In this document: positions 47,799-57,488 of the stretch, piece by piece | Numbering within the stretch: the first letter of the stretch is position 1 | Layout: each line of letters opens with the position of its first letter | Origin: Deltaproteobacteria bacterium | GTDB lineage: Bacteria > Desulfobacterota_D > UBA1144 > Nemesobacterales > CSP1-2 | Direction of reading: 5' to 3' | Length of the DNA stretch: 64,000 bases | Assembly (NCBI GenBank): GCA_052390235.1 | Contig: JBQTHB010000002.1 | Coordinates: 509,722 to 573,721 of the forward strand | Made by a program: the position numbers and the translations under genes | Notes under the pieces: generated by a model | Told to the model about the DNA's origin: nothing | Database searches by the model: none | The model's input: the letters and a program-made list of their open reading frames with translations, nothing else

Positions 47799-48848
47799 GT
47801 GCTGAGCCTCATCTATAAACTCCTTTACCTGTGCAAAGGCGTTATAATTGCGAGATTCATCCTCAACAAAGCCGCCGCTTCCCCGCTTATTCCAGCGCGC
47901 GCTAAGGAAAAGCTCGAAAGAGGGTTTCTCATTCTCTACTACCATCGGGTCAACAGCGAGGCAGACCCATATTTTGAGGCAACCCCCACGGATGTCTTCG
48001 AGGAGCAGATAAAATACCTATCCAGGGAGTACAGAATCCTCCCGCTTGATGAACTCGCCGCTCTAGCAGGGGAAAATAAAACCCCAAAGAACTCCATCGC
48101 CATCACCTTCGACGACGGCTACAGGGACAATCTCACCGACGCCTATCCAATTCTCAAGCGCTACTCTGCCCCAGCAACGATATTCCTTCCCACTGGATAC
48201 ATCGGCAGCGGGCAAATACCGATTTGGGACAAGTTGAGCTATAATTTCAAGAGAACAAAGAAAAATTCCCTGAGTATCAGCATCCGCGGGCAGAAACGCT
48301 ACGAGCTGAACTCGCGCCCCCAGAGACTCCTAGCTATGAGAGACACAATGCGAGACATCCACCAAAGCCGCACGGAAGATGAAAAGAGGATGTGGATTGA
48401 GAAAATCGGCGCAATCCTAGAAGTGGAAGACTCTGAGGAGCTTTCAGGCGGGATGCTGGATTGGGACGAGGTCAAGTCAATGATGAGCGGAGGGGTGGTG
48501 AGGTTCGGAGCGCACACGGTCTCTCACCCGGATTTGACGAAACTCTCAGCAGATGAAGTCCTGCGGGAGATGGCGGCATCCAAAGCGGAAATCGAGAAGA
48601 GGCTCGGAATCGAAGTAACCACCTTTGCATATCCGAGGGGGGATTTTAACGCAGTCGTCAGGGATCTAGCCCAGAGAGCGGGATTTCGCTGTGCCTGCTC
48701 CACGGTAATGGGGAAAAACACTGCCTACGCCGACCCCTTCGCCCTTAAGAGAATAACATCTATCGAAGCGCCGATAGAGGCATTTTCAGTTCTCCTAGAG
48801 TGGCTTCGGTATTTCCCAAGAGAGCGCGAAAACCAACACGGGATGTGA
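47799..48848 (+). CDS. Polysaccharide deacetylase (NodB/CE4 type)
   Basis: LYYHRV, ITFDDGY, GAHTVSHP, FAYPRG. Confidence 0.9.
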   Translation: MLSLIYKLLYLCKGVIIARFILNKAAASPLIPARAKEKLERGFLILYYHRVNSEADPYFEATPTDVFEEQIKYLSREYRILPLDELAALAGENKTPKNSIAITFDDGYRDNLTDAYPILKRYSAPATIFLPTGYIGSGQIPIWDKLSYNFKRTKKNSLSISIRGQKRYELNSRPQRLLAMRDTMRDIHQSRTEDEKRMWIEKIGAILEVEDSEELSGGMLDWDEVKSMMSGGVVRFGAHTVSHPDLTKLSADEVLREMAASKAEIEKRLGIEVTTFAYPRGDFNAVVRDLAQRAGFRCACSTVMGKNTAYADPFALKRITSIEAPIEAFSVLLEWLRYFPRERENQHGM

Positions 48849-48854
48849 AATTAA

Positions 48855-50312
48855 ATGAGCGAAACTAAAATTGAAAAGAGTCTCGAGCTGTGGAAAAAGT
48901 ACGGACAGCACGTTCTAGTCCCCTTTCCCTACAACGACGCAGTTATCGCTTCCACCGAAGGGTCGAAATTTAAAGATATGGATGGAAATGAATATCTCGA
49001 CTTTGCCGCAGGGCAGTTCTGCTCGACTCTGGGACACAATCATCCAAAGCTAATAGAGCGGCTCACGGCTCAGATGAGACGAAACCTCCACACGGCGACG
49101 GATTTTCTGCCCGTATCCGTCCTCGAAGCATCCGCGAAATTCGCCGAAGTCGCCCCGGGAGAGCTCAATAAAGCGATGTTTCTTTCCACAGGCACTGAGG
49201 CTAACGAATGCGCCGTGAGAATAGCTAAAACGTTCACGAAGAAAACTGGAGTCGCAGGGTTTACCAGAGGGTACTATGGAATCTCCCTTGCCACTCAGAA
49301 CCTCACGGGAATGAGGGTGAGCAGAACACGGTACGACACTAGCCCCAGCAGTCCCGAATCATACAAGATACTCACGCCTAATTGTGGGAGGTGTCCGGTA
49401 AAAGCGTCTCCGTCATCCTGCAAATTCGCGTGCTTAGACGTATCGCTTGAGATAATTGGCAAGGATGTAGATAAAATTGCGGCTTTCATCGCGGAGCCTA
49501 TCGTATCTGCCGGAGGGATGATTGTGCCTCCGCCCGGATATTTTGCAAAGATGAAGGAGATAGCCGAGGAGTGCGGCGCGCTTTTCATTGCCGATGAAGC
49601 CCAGAGCGGATTCGGCAGAACGGGCAAGTGGTTCGGGATTGAGCATCACGGGGTGGTTCCCGACATACTGTGCGTTGCGAAAAGCTCAGGCGGAGGGTTT
49701 CCGGTTTCAGGGGTCATTACGACGGATAAAATCGCAGAACGCGCGCTTAGAAACGGCTTTAAGCACCTATCTAGCCATCAATCCGACCCTGTGCCGGCTG
49801 AGGCGGTGTCGGCGGTGATTGATATTGTTAGAGAGGAGGGGCTTGTTCGCAGGTCAGAGGTTTTGGGGAAGTATTTAAAGGACAAGCTCATTGAGCTAAA
49901 GGGAAAATGGGATGTAATATCGGATGTCAGAGGCATCGGGCTTATGGTCGGGATGCTCCTGGATACGGATAAAATCGAGAATATAGAGCCGATTCTAAAC
50001 AGGGAGTGCAAGAAACGGGGGCTACATCTAAACTCCACATCGCACTTTGAGACGGTTTTCAGGATACTTCCCCCGCTCACGGTAACGGAGGCGGAAATTG
50101 ACGTTGCGGTGAATGCGATAGACGACTCCCTTCGGGCAATACACGAGGGCAGGGGGGCGACCGAAGCTGAACTCATACCCAAAAATCCATATTCCAAGGC
50201 TTATGCCGAGAGGTCTCTGGGGAGGAGAACCGTCGGGAAACTGCTCAGTAAGATATGGGAAAGCAGCCCGGAGTCACTCGTCAAAGCAGTGAGCAAAAAA
50301 ATAAGGAGCTAG
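48855..50312 (+). CDS. Class III PLP aminotransferase, 2,2-dialkylglycine decarboxylase-like
   Basis: AGQFCSTLGH, LSTGTEANE, EPIVSAGG, DEAQSG, AKSSGGG, SHQSDP, FRILPPL. Confidence 0.85.
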   Translation: MSETKIEKSLELWKKYGQHVLVPFPYNDAVIASTEGSKFKDMDGNEYLDFAAGQFCSTLGHNHPKLIERLTAQMRRNLHTATDFLPVSVLEASAKFAEVAPGELNKAMFLSTGTEANECAVRIAKTFTKKTGVAGFTRGYYGISLATQNLTGMRVSRTRYDTSPSSPESYKILTPNCGRCPVKASPSSCKFACLDVSLEIIGKDVDKIAAFIAEPIVSAGGMIVPPPGYFAKMKEIAEECGALFIADEAQSGFGRTGKWFGIEHHGVVPDILCVAKSSGGGFPVSGVITTDKIAERALRNGFKHLSSHQSDPVPAEAVSAVIDIVREEGLVRRSEVLGKYLKDKLIELKGKWDVISDVRGIGLMVGMLLDTDKIENIEPILNRECKKRGLHLNSTSHFETVFRILPPLTVTEAEIDVAVNAIDDSLRAIHEGRGATEAELIPKNPYSKAYAERSLGRRTVGKLLSKIWESSPESLVKAVSKKIRS

Positions 50313-50322
50313 GTACTATATT

Positions 50323-51531
50323 TTGATGACATCCCTGCCGAAGGTCTTTGTCCTAAATATGTCAATACTGGGGATATGTATAGCGAGAAACCTCGCCCGG
50401 TGCGCAATTCCAGTGGTGGGGATATGCGCTCCCTCGGATGTGGGGCGGTATTCGAGGTACTGCGAGAAGCTCATCTATAAAAAATCAGACGAATCCCCCG
50501 AAGAGGAGTTGATAGAGTTCCTAGTGCGCGAGGGGAGGAAACTCGAATGCCCGGGCGTGCTGTTTCCTACCGACGACGACGGCGCGATATTAATCTCAAA
50601 ATATAGAGAGAGGCTAAATCCATATTTTAAATTCTCTATGCCCGAGGCAAGCATCATGGACACGGTCGTCTATAAGGACAACCTCCAGAAGGCGGCAGAG
50701 CGGTTTAACATCCCCACGGCGAAGTCGTATTTCCCGAAGTCTCTGGGCGAGATAGAGAAAATCGCCCGCGAGGTGGAATACCCCTGCATCCTCAAACCGT
50801 CCTATTCGAGAAGCTGGCGGCGCGCGAATATGATAGACGTTGTGAGGTTCGAGAAAGCCCTCAAGGTGCGCACGGCCGATGAACTGGTATCTTCTTATAG
50901 GCGCATTGAAAATTCAAATTGCACGATACTAGCGCAGGAGTACATCGAGGGCGGGGAGAATTACGGCGTTGGCTCTTACGTTAGCCGGGGGTTTGAGCCT
51001 CTGGCCGTGGTTACGGCAAAGAAGATAAGACAAGCCCCGCTCGAATTTGGCACTGGAACTTTCCTCGAGAGCGTTCACGAGCCTAGGGCAACGGAGCTTG
51101 GGCTTCGATTTTTGAAGAATATCGGCTATTCAGGGCTATCGGAAATCGAATTTATGAGAGACCCTAAAACAGGCGAATTTAAGATGATTGATTTCAACGC
51201 GAGGCACTGGGGATGGCATAGCCTGCCGTCGAGATACGGGGTTAACCTAAGCCTCATCGCATATAGAGACATAATTGGACATGAGCCGGCTAGATTCATC
51301 CCCCAAGAGGACGGGGTTAAGTGGTGGTATGTGGAGAAGGACGCTTATTTTGCCATGGTTTGCGCCATGAAAGGCACGCTTAAGCTCGGCGACTGGCTTC
51401 GCACACTTCGCGGAAAAAGGGAATATGCCGACTTCTCTTGGGATGACCCGGTGCCGTTTCTCGTTTCCGGTGTAAAATTTCTATACGAACGCGCGTCAAG
51501 CGTAGCAAAAAAGCGGCTCGCGCAAAGCTAG
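50323..51531 (+). CDS. ATP-grasp carboxylate-amine ligase (D-aspartate ligase-like)
   Basis: LFPTDD, YPCILKP, QEYIEG, K.RQ.P..FG, EIEF.RD, DFNAR, DDPVP. Confidence 0.85.
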   Translation: MMTSLPKVFVLNMSILGICIARNLARCAIPVVGICAPSDVGRYSRYCEKLIYKKSDESPEEELIEFLVREGRKLECPGVLFPTDDDGAILISKYRERLNPYFKFSMPEASIMDTVVYKDNLQKAAERFNIPTAKSYFPKSLGEIEKIAREVEYPCILKPSYSRSWRRANMIDVVRFEKALKVRTADELVSSYRRIENSNCTILAQEYIEGGENYGVGSYVSRGFEPLAVVTAKKIRQAPLEFGTGTFLESVHEPRATELGLRFLKNIGYSGLSEIEFMRDPKTGEFKMIDFNARHWGWHSLPSRYGVNLSLIAYRDIIGHEPARFIPQEDGVKWWYVEKDAYFAMVCAMKGTLKLGDWLRTLRGKREYADFSWDDPVPFLVSGVKFLYERASSVAKKRLAQS

Positions 51532-51571
51532 AAACGCCGCAGGTTAATTTAAAAACCGCTCTGGAGAGGAA

Positions 51572-52378
51572 ATGAGTCTTTCTTCGAGACATGAATCTGA
51601 GAAGTCTTTTTTTGATAAATTAGCTCAAAAAAGAACAACCGACTTAACCATCCCCCCTGCCGTTATCGAGAGATATATCAACCCCTCTCCCAAGCCGATA
51701 TTCTCGAAAGAGTATATGTTTCATCTGCTGGGGGATATTCGCGGCACAGAGATTCTCGATTTCGGATGCGGCGAGGGGGAAAATACAGTGCTTCTGGCCA
51801 AAAAAGGGGCTTTCGTCTATTCATTTGATATATCGCTTGAATCCGTCAAATACGCTCTGGAAAAAGCTGATGCGAACGAAGTGGGGGACAGAATCCGGCT
51901 CTGCTGCATGGCTGGGGAGCAAATCGCCTTTGCGGACGACTCGTTTGATTTGATATTTGGAAGCGCGATTTTGCACCACCTCGATTTTGAGAGGGGAATA
52001 GGAGAGGTTCATAGAATCCTCAAAAAAGGCGGCGCGGCGATATTCCGAGAACCCACGGTGTTCAGCGCGAATCTAGCCGGGTTAAGAAAATTAGTGCCGC
52101 TCCCCACGAACGCAACGCCCGACGAGAGACAGCTCAACGAGGGCGACCTAGCCCTGCTAAAGAGGTATTTCTCCGAGGTCGAAGTTACGTATTTTAAAGT
52201 GTTCTCAAGGCTGGAGCGGGTTTTTCTATCCCCTCCGGTTGAGTACGGACACGGGAAGATGCAAAATATCCAGACGTTTTTCGTGAGACTGCTCTATAAA
52301 ATGGACTACTATTTGCTAAAATACATTCCCGGTATGAGCAAGTTCTCAGGCGGCGTTGTGGTTAAAGTCAGGAAATAG
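51572..52378 (+). CDS. Class I SAM-dependent methyltransferase
   Basis: ILDFGCGEG, DIS, FDLIFG.AILHH, EP. Confidence 0.88.
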   Translation: MSLSSRHESEKSFFDKLAQKRTTDLTIPPAVIERYINPSPKPIFSKEYMFHLLGDIRGTEILDFGCGEGENTVLLAKKGAFVYSFDISLESVKYALEKADANEVGDRIRLCCMAGEQIAFADDSFDLIFGSAILHHLDFERGIGEVHRILKKGGAAIFREPTVFSANLAGLRKLVPLPTNATPDERQLNEGDLALLKRYFSEVEVTYFKVFSRLERVFLSPPVEYGHGKMQNIQTFFVRLLYKMDYYLLKYIPGMSKFSGGVVVKVRK

Positions 52379-52385
52379 GGCGGCG

Positions 52386-53813
52386 ATGAAAACGAGATAC
52401 GCGATTTTATTGTTATTAATTGTTATGTTTGCCGCCGCGGCTACCCGGGTTGCCTTTGCATCTCAAACCTTCTACGTCGCCCATTACGGAAACGACAAAG
52501 GCGCGGACGGCTCGGCAAAAAGACCGTGGAAAACCATTGGGTTCGCCTTAGATACCGTGCCAGATGCGAATAGCGTTATCGTGGTTAAAGATGGCAACTA
52601 CTACAAACGCCTCAAAATCAAGCGCCAATTTGCAACGAGCCTCATCATTAAAGCCGAAAACCCCTATCTAGCCAGGCTCTCTACAACCCAAAGAGCGCAG
52701 GTTATACATATCCTCGACGGGGCTTCAAATATCACAATAGAGGGGTTTGAGATATTCAAAACCTCCGCCCCCACTGGACCTACGCTGATTCAGGTGAGCG
52801 GAATAGGCACGAGGAATATCACGCTGAGAGGAAACATCATCCACGACAGCTACAACAACGACATTCTCAAAATCAATGACAGAGCCGCAGACATCACCGT
52901 CGAGGGAAACGTCTTCTACAATCAAGCCGGAAGGGACGAACACATTGACGTAAACGGGGGAGCAAAGAACGTCGTCATACAAGATAATATATTCTTCAAT
53001 GACTTCGCCGGAAGCGGCAGGGTGAATAAAAATGACACTAGTAGCTTCATCGTAATTAAAGACAGCCGCGGACACGGCACAAAGAACATCAGAGTTAGGA
53101 GAAATGTACTGCTCGGCTGGGAAGGCTCTCCTGCCCAGAGCTTTATCAGAGTGGGCGAGGACGCAAAACCGTACCATGAAGCCGAATGGGTAATGGTTGA
53201 GAACAATCTGCTCATCGGGAACTCCCAGAATATTATCCGCGCCCCATTCACAGTGAGCGGCGCAAGAAATATCACCTTTCGCGCCAATACCGTTGCGGGA
53301 GATATGCCGTCCCTTGCCTTCTGCATAAGGCTAAAGCCGCAGGGAAAAAATCCAATAAACCAAAACATCTATTTCTATAATAATATATGCTCCGACCCCG
53401 CGGGAACTATGGAGGATTTCGCGGACGGCGATGCGTTTGAGACTCAAAACGCCGAGCTTTACAATAACCTCTACTGGAACGGCGGCGCTCCGATACCCAG
53501 CACACGGGGAGAGGTTTTTAACCCCAAGGACGATAAAAAAGCCGTTTACGGCGACCCACGAATTAATCCCAATCAAAGAGCCATCACGCCTGCGCGTTGG
53601 AGCGGCGATACAAAGAGCTTTTTAAGCGGCAATAAGACAGTACGAGAAGAATTCATCCGCCTGGTCAACTCCTACGGGGCTATCGGCAGGGAGAGCGCCG
53701 CAATTGACGCCGCAGACTTTAAAACCTCTCCCATGGAGGATATTTTGGGGCGAATCCGGGGGAGCGCTCCCGACATTGGGGCGTTTGAATACTCGCAGGC
53801 TCCAGAGAATTAA
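52386..53813 (+). CDS. Secreted right-handed parallel beta-helix protein (pectin-lyase-like fold)
   Basis: Signal peptide from ATG 52386, YVA..GND...GS..RPWKTI, Asn ladders (NI.I.GN.F.N), C-terminal PDIGAFEY. Confidence 0.8.
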   Translation: MKTRYAILLLLIVMFAAAATRVAFASQTFYVAHYGNDKGADGSAKRPWKTIGFALDTVPDANSVIVVKDGNYYKRLKIKRQFATSLIIKAENPYLARLSTTQRAQVIHILDGASNITIEGFEIFKTSAPTGPTLIQVSGIGTRNITLRGNIIHDSYNNDILKINDRAADITVEGNVFYNQAGRDEHIDVNGGAKNVVIQDNIFFNDFAGSGRVNKNDTSSFIVIKDSRGHGTKNIRVRRNVLLGWEGSPAQSFIRVGEDAKPYHEAEWVMVENNLLIGNSQNIIRAPFTVSGARNITFRANTVAGDMPSLAFCIRLKPQGKNPINQNIYFYNNICSDPAGTMEDFADGDAFETQNAELYNNLYWNGGAPIPSTRGEVFNPKDDKKAVYGDPRINPNQRAITPARWSGDTKSFLSGNKTVREEFIRLVNSYGAIGRESAAIDAADFKTSPMEDILGRIRGSAPDIGAFEYSQAPEN

Positions 53814-53862
53814 TCCTACACCGCCGGCTACTTTGCGCGCGCTCTAAGGAGAATATATCAAA

Positions 53863-54621
53863 ATGCAAAAACCCATATTTATAGTCGGTATGATGCGCTC
53901 CGGCACGACCCTTCTCGCCCTGATACTAGACTCTCATCCCAATATCTCCATCGGCAGGGAGTCGGGCTTTATGAGAGGGGTTCAGTACCTCTATAATATC
54001 CCCGACTGGGGACACGGCGCGGACTGGTACACGCGTTACGGGATGACAAAGGAGCAGTTCAACCGGCACATGAGCGGGTTTATTGATAAAATATTCTCCG
54101 ATTACGCCCTCTCTCACGGGAAGAGCAGATGGGGCGAGAAAACCCCGTTTCACAGAAAACACGTCTCGCAGATTGCCGAAATATTCCCGGATAGCCAGTT
54201 CATACACATAATGCGCGACGTGCGAGCTGTGTGCGCTTCGAGAAAAGGGGGGGCGCATAAGGTCGGCAACATCTCTCGCGAGTGGGTAGAGGATAATTTA
54301 AAGCTCGAGGAGTTCGGCAAATCCGTCGGCGCGGCGCGGTACTATTTACTGCGCTATGAAGACATAGTCGGCGCCCCTGAGGAGACTCTGCGCTCCCTTT
54401 TGCGGTATTTGGGCGAGCCTTGGTCGGATAATCTGCTCCGGCACAATCAGGTCGAAGAGAAAAAATACAGCAACGAGCAAATCGAAGGCGGCAACGTAAA
54501 CCGCTCTGACCGCCCTATTGACTCCGGCTCGCTCGATAAATGGAAAACCGCTCTGCGCTGGTGGGAGATTCTGTGGATTAATCGAATCGCGGCGCCAGCA
54601 ATGAAGCATTTCGGCTACTGA
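53863..54621 (+). CDS. PAPS-dependent sulfotransferase
   Basis: PIFIVGMMRSGTTLL, WGEKTP, RD.RA...S, RYED. Confidence 0.9.
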   Translation: MQKPIFIVGMMRSGTTLLALILDSHPNISIGRESGFMRGVQYLYNIPDWGHGADWYTRYGMTKEQFNRHMSGFIDKIFSDYALSHGKSRWGEKTPFHRKHVSQIAEIFPDSQFIHIMRDVRAVCASRKGGAHKVGNISREWVEDNLKLEEFGKSVGAARYYLLRYEDIVGAPEETLRSLLRYLGEPWSDNLLRHNQVEEKKYSNEQIEGGNVNRSDRPIDSGSLDKWKTALRWWEILWINRIAAPAMKHFGY

Positions 54622-54637
54622 TTTAATTGGAAAATTA

Positions 54638-56128
54638 ATGGGGAAACTCGCCTTTTCAGACAAAATTGTGCTTTTTATCGGGAGCAACCTAGTGGGAACG
54701 GTTATGACGCTCGGCTGGGGAGTGCTTCTCGTGAGATATTTAACCAAGTACGAATTCGGCACATTTCAGCAGATAATGCTCCTTCGGGTAACGATTCAGG
54801 GGCTGGTGCTGATGGGGCTTCACCAGAGTCTTTTTTATTTTATCCCCAAGGCTAAGAACGACGACGCAAAAAAGGGAATAATCATACAGAATTTCTTCCT
54901 GCTGGCGCTAGTAGGGGCGATAATAGCAGGCGGGTGTTATATGCTCGCCCCAGTGTTTGCCGAGAGCTTTAATAATCCCTCCCTTGCCGCCTACGCCGGA
55001 ATTTACAGCCTGTTTTTCATCTTTGATACGCCGGTGATGATGTCTAAAGCGGTGTTTCTGTCGCTCGATAAAGTGAATTTGACCTCGGTAGTTAACGTCG
55101 CATCGGCGCTGACTCTGATTCTGGCAACCGTTGTGCCTGCAGAGCTGGGTTACGATTTCCGCGCGATGCTAATGGGGATTCTCATCGTATATATAATGAA
55201 ATTTATCGGGTTTAGCGGATATATCCTGAGTCTGCCGGGAGGGGTGAGAGGGGCGTTTGATTTCTCGACCGTGATACCGCAGTTTAAGTACTCCCTGCCG
55301 CTTGGAATCTCTGCCATGCCCGATGCCTTTAAGCGCCAACTCGATAAATTCGTAATTTCAGGACTCTACACCCCAGACCAATTCGCGGTCTATTCGAGAG
55401 GGGCTTTCGAGATGCCGTTCGTCAGCGATATACCGTATTCGATGAATCATATACTGCTACCGAGGTACGTGAAGAGCTACGAGCAGGGAGACTATAAGAC
55501 CCTCCTCTATCTCTGGAATGAGTCCATAAGGAGAATGGCGCTACTGTTCTTTCCGCTCTTTGTTTTCACGTTCATATTCGCTGAGAAATTTATCACGTTC
55601 CTATACACGGACGCTTACGCCGAAAGCGCCTCGATTTTTCAGGTTTATCTGTGCCTTCTGCCGTTCCGTTTGGTAGGCTACAGGGTAATCCTGCGCGCCG
55701 TGGGGGATACGAGGCAGATACTTGTGGCAACCATTGTCTCGCTTTCAGTAAATATAGGACTCAATTTCGCTCTAGCCACTTCCTTCGGGTTCTACGGTCC
55801 TGCGGTTTCGTTTCTCGCCGGAGAGATAAGCGGAATCGCCTATTTGTTCTTTGCAATAAAGAGGGTGTTGAAATTTCCGGTTATGGAATTACTGCCGGTG
55901 CGAAGTCTCGTTTCCACATTCATCGTATCAGCGGTAATTGGGACGGGGTTTATTCCCTATGAGCGGCTCGATTTGCCGAAATTTATCACCCTCGCATCAG
56001 CCGGAGCGATGTTTTTTATCGCCTACGTTGCAGTTATGAGGTGGGCGAGGCTCTTTTCAGATGCCGATTGGGATTTGATAATGAGATGGGCGACGCTTAA
56101 AGTGCTTCGAGACAGGGTAAAGGGGTAG
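54638..56128 (+). CDS. wzx: Wzx oligosaccharide flippase
   Basis: Multi-TM MOP-family pattern: L.RYL...EFG, YS.PL, DK..IS, FAVYS. Confidence 0.85.
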   Translation: MGKLAFSDKIVLFIGSNLVGTVMTLGWGVLLVRYLTKYEFGTFQQIMLLRVTIQGLVLMGLHQSLFYFIPKAKNDDAKKGIIIQNFFLLALVGAIIAGGCYMLAPVFAESFNNPSLAAYAGIYSLFFIFDTPVMMSKAVFLSLDKVNLTSVVNVASALTLILATVVPAELGYDFRAMLMGILIVYIMKFIGFSGYILSLPGGVRGAFDFSTVIPQFKYSLPLGISAMPDAFKRQLDKFVISGLYTPDQFAVYSRGAFEMPFVSDIPYSMNHILLPRYVKSYEQGDYKTLLYLWNESIRRMALLFFPLFVFTFIFAEKFITFLYTDAYAESASIFQVYLCLLPFRLVGYRVILRAVGDTRQILVATIVSLSVNIGLNFALATSFGFYGPAVSFLAGEISGIAYLFFAIKRVLKFPVMELLPVRSLVSTFIVSAVIGTGFIPYERLDLPKFITLASAGAMFFIAYVAVMRWARLFSDADWDLIMRWATLKVLRDRVKG

Positions 56129-56132
56129 CTAG

Positions 56133-57488
56133 ATGGACGAGCTTATGTCCCTGCGCGGGGGAATATTTCTATTAATTACGGCGGTTGTTCTTGCCAAGAC
56201 GCTGAGACAACCCCACATCGGGCTTATATTCTATATAGCGCTGAGCCTATTGGAAGACAATATTCTCAGGGATGAGTTCGATGCGGCTTACAATGTGCTT
56301 CGTCTCCCGATGATTACGGCTCTGATAACGGGCTTTGCCTGGGCGCTGAATAGAAATCAGTACAGAGAGATTTTAGCCCCAGTGCAGCTCTGGATTCTGG
56401 TCTGTATGCTGGCAATTATGGGGGCTTCGTGCCTTAGCGCGGGCGGGGATATTGCGACGAATTTCCAGATAAATCGCTTTCTACGAATTGTTATTCTCTT
56501 CTTTTTGACTATAAACCTGATAAACACCGAAGAGAAGCTAAAGCATCTGCTTTGGGTGCTGGTTATTCTCTACGCGGCGCTGTCGGTGGACGCATATTAC
56601 AACTATAAAGTCCTGGGATATGAGGTCGCCAGACCATCTGGGATGTCGTGGGGCGGTATCGGCGGGAATTTCGGCGGTAGGATTGCGGCGACCGCCATGA
56701 TTGCCTATACGCTATTTTGGCTGGAGAAGAGCCTATATAGGCGGGCGTTTCTGACCTTTGCCGTTTTCATTATGAGCGGCACCACGTTTGTTACCTATTC
56801 ACGCGCTTCGGCTATTGCCCTTGGGATGGGATATATGGCGCTGATGTTTTTTGATATAAAAAATAAGCAGAAGAGATTTGCCACGATTGGCATGGTCATT
56901 GCCTTGGCTTTTTATGTGCTTTTTAGAGCGCAGGGGCTTCAGGATAATCTAGAGACCGTCGGCGATTATGAGCAGGACGGTTCGGCAATGGCTAGGGTTT
57001 ATCAGATGGAGGCGGCGCTTAATATTATTCAGTCGAACATGATGCTCGGCGTTGGGCCGGGCAACTTCAGCGGAGTGTATATAGATTTTGTTGATAACGT
57101 TCCGGGGGACGGCCCTCAGCCGGAAGAGACAAAGAGTATGCACAGCACGCCGTTTCAAATTGGGGCGGAGTTGGGAGTGTTCGCGCTCGGTATATTTGTG
57201 ATACTGCTGTTTATTACATTCGCGGATTTCCTAAAAATCAGGGCTATACCGCGCAATAACGACGATAAAAAAACTATTAAAGAGCTTGGAACGGCGGTGA
57301 GCATAAGTTTTGGGGTATATTTTATTCAGTCAATGTTTATACCCGGAGCTTACAATGATTTTCTGTATTTAATGTTTGCGCTGGTGTTCATCGCGAGATT
57401 AATAGCCACAAAACCCGCCGAAGCGCTCAAGCAAGCAAAGCCGGAGATTAATAAAAATGGGAAAAAATTCCGACTACAGTCGGTCTAA
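56133..57488 (+). CDS. Wzy polymerase / O-antigen ligase-family protein
   Basis: Multi-TM, TYSR, SAMAR, LGVGPGNF, HS...Q..AELG. Confidence 0.85.
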   Translation: MDELMSLRGGIFLLITAVVLAKTLRQPHIGLIFYIALSLLEDNILRDEFDAAYNVLRLPMITALITGFAWALNRNQYREILAPVQLWILVCMLAIMGASCLSAGGDIATNFQINRFLRIVILFFLTINLINTEEKLKHLLWVLVILYAALSVDAYYNYKVLGYEVARPSGMSWGGIGGNFGGRIAATAMIAYTLFWLEKSLYRRAFLTFAVFIMSGTTFVTYSRASAIALGMGYMALMFFDIKNKQKRFATIGMVIALAFYVLFRAQGLQDNLETVGDYEQDGSAMARVYQMEAALNIIQSNMMLGVGPGNFSGVYIDFVDNVPGDGPQPEETKSMHSTPFQIGAELGVFALGIFVILLFITFADFLKIRAIPRNNDDKKTIKELGTAVSISFGVYFIQSMFIPGAYNDFLYLMFALVFIARLIATKPAEALKQAKPEINKNGKKFRLQSV

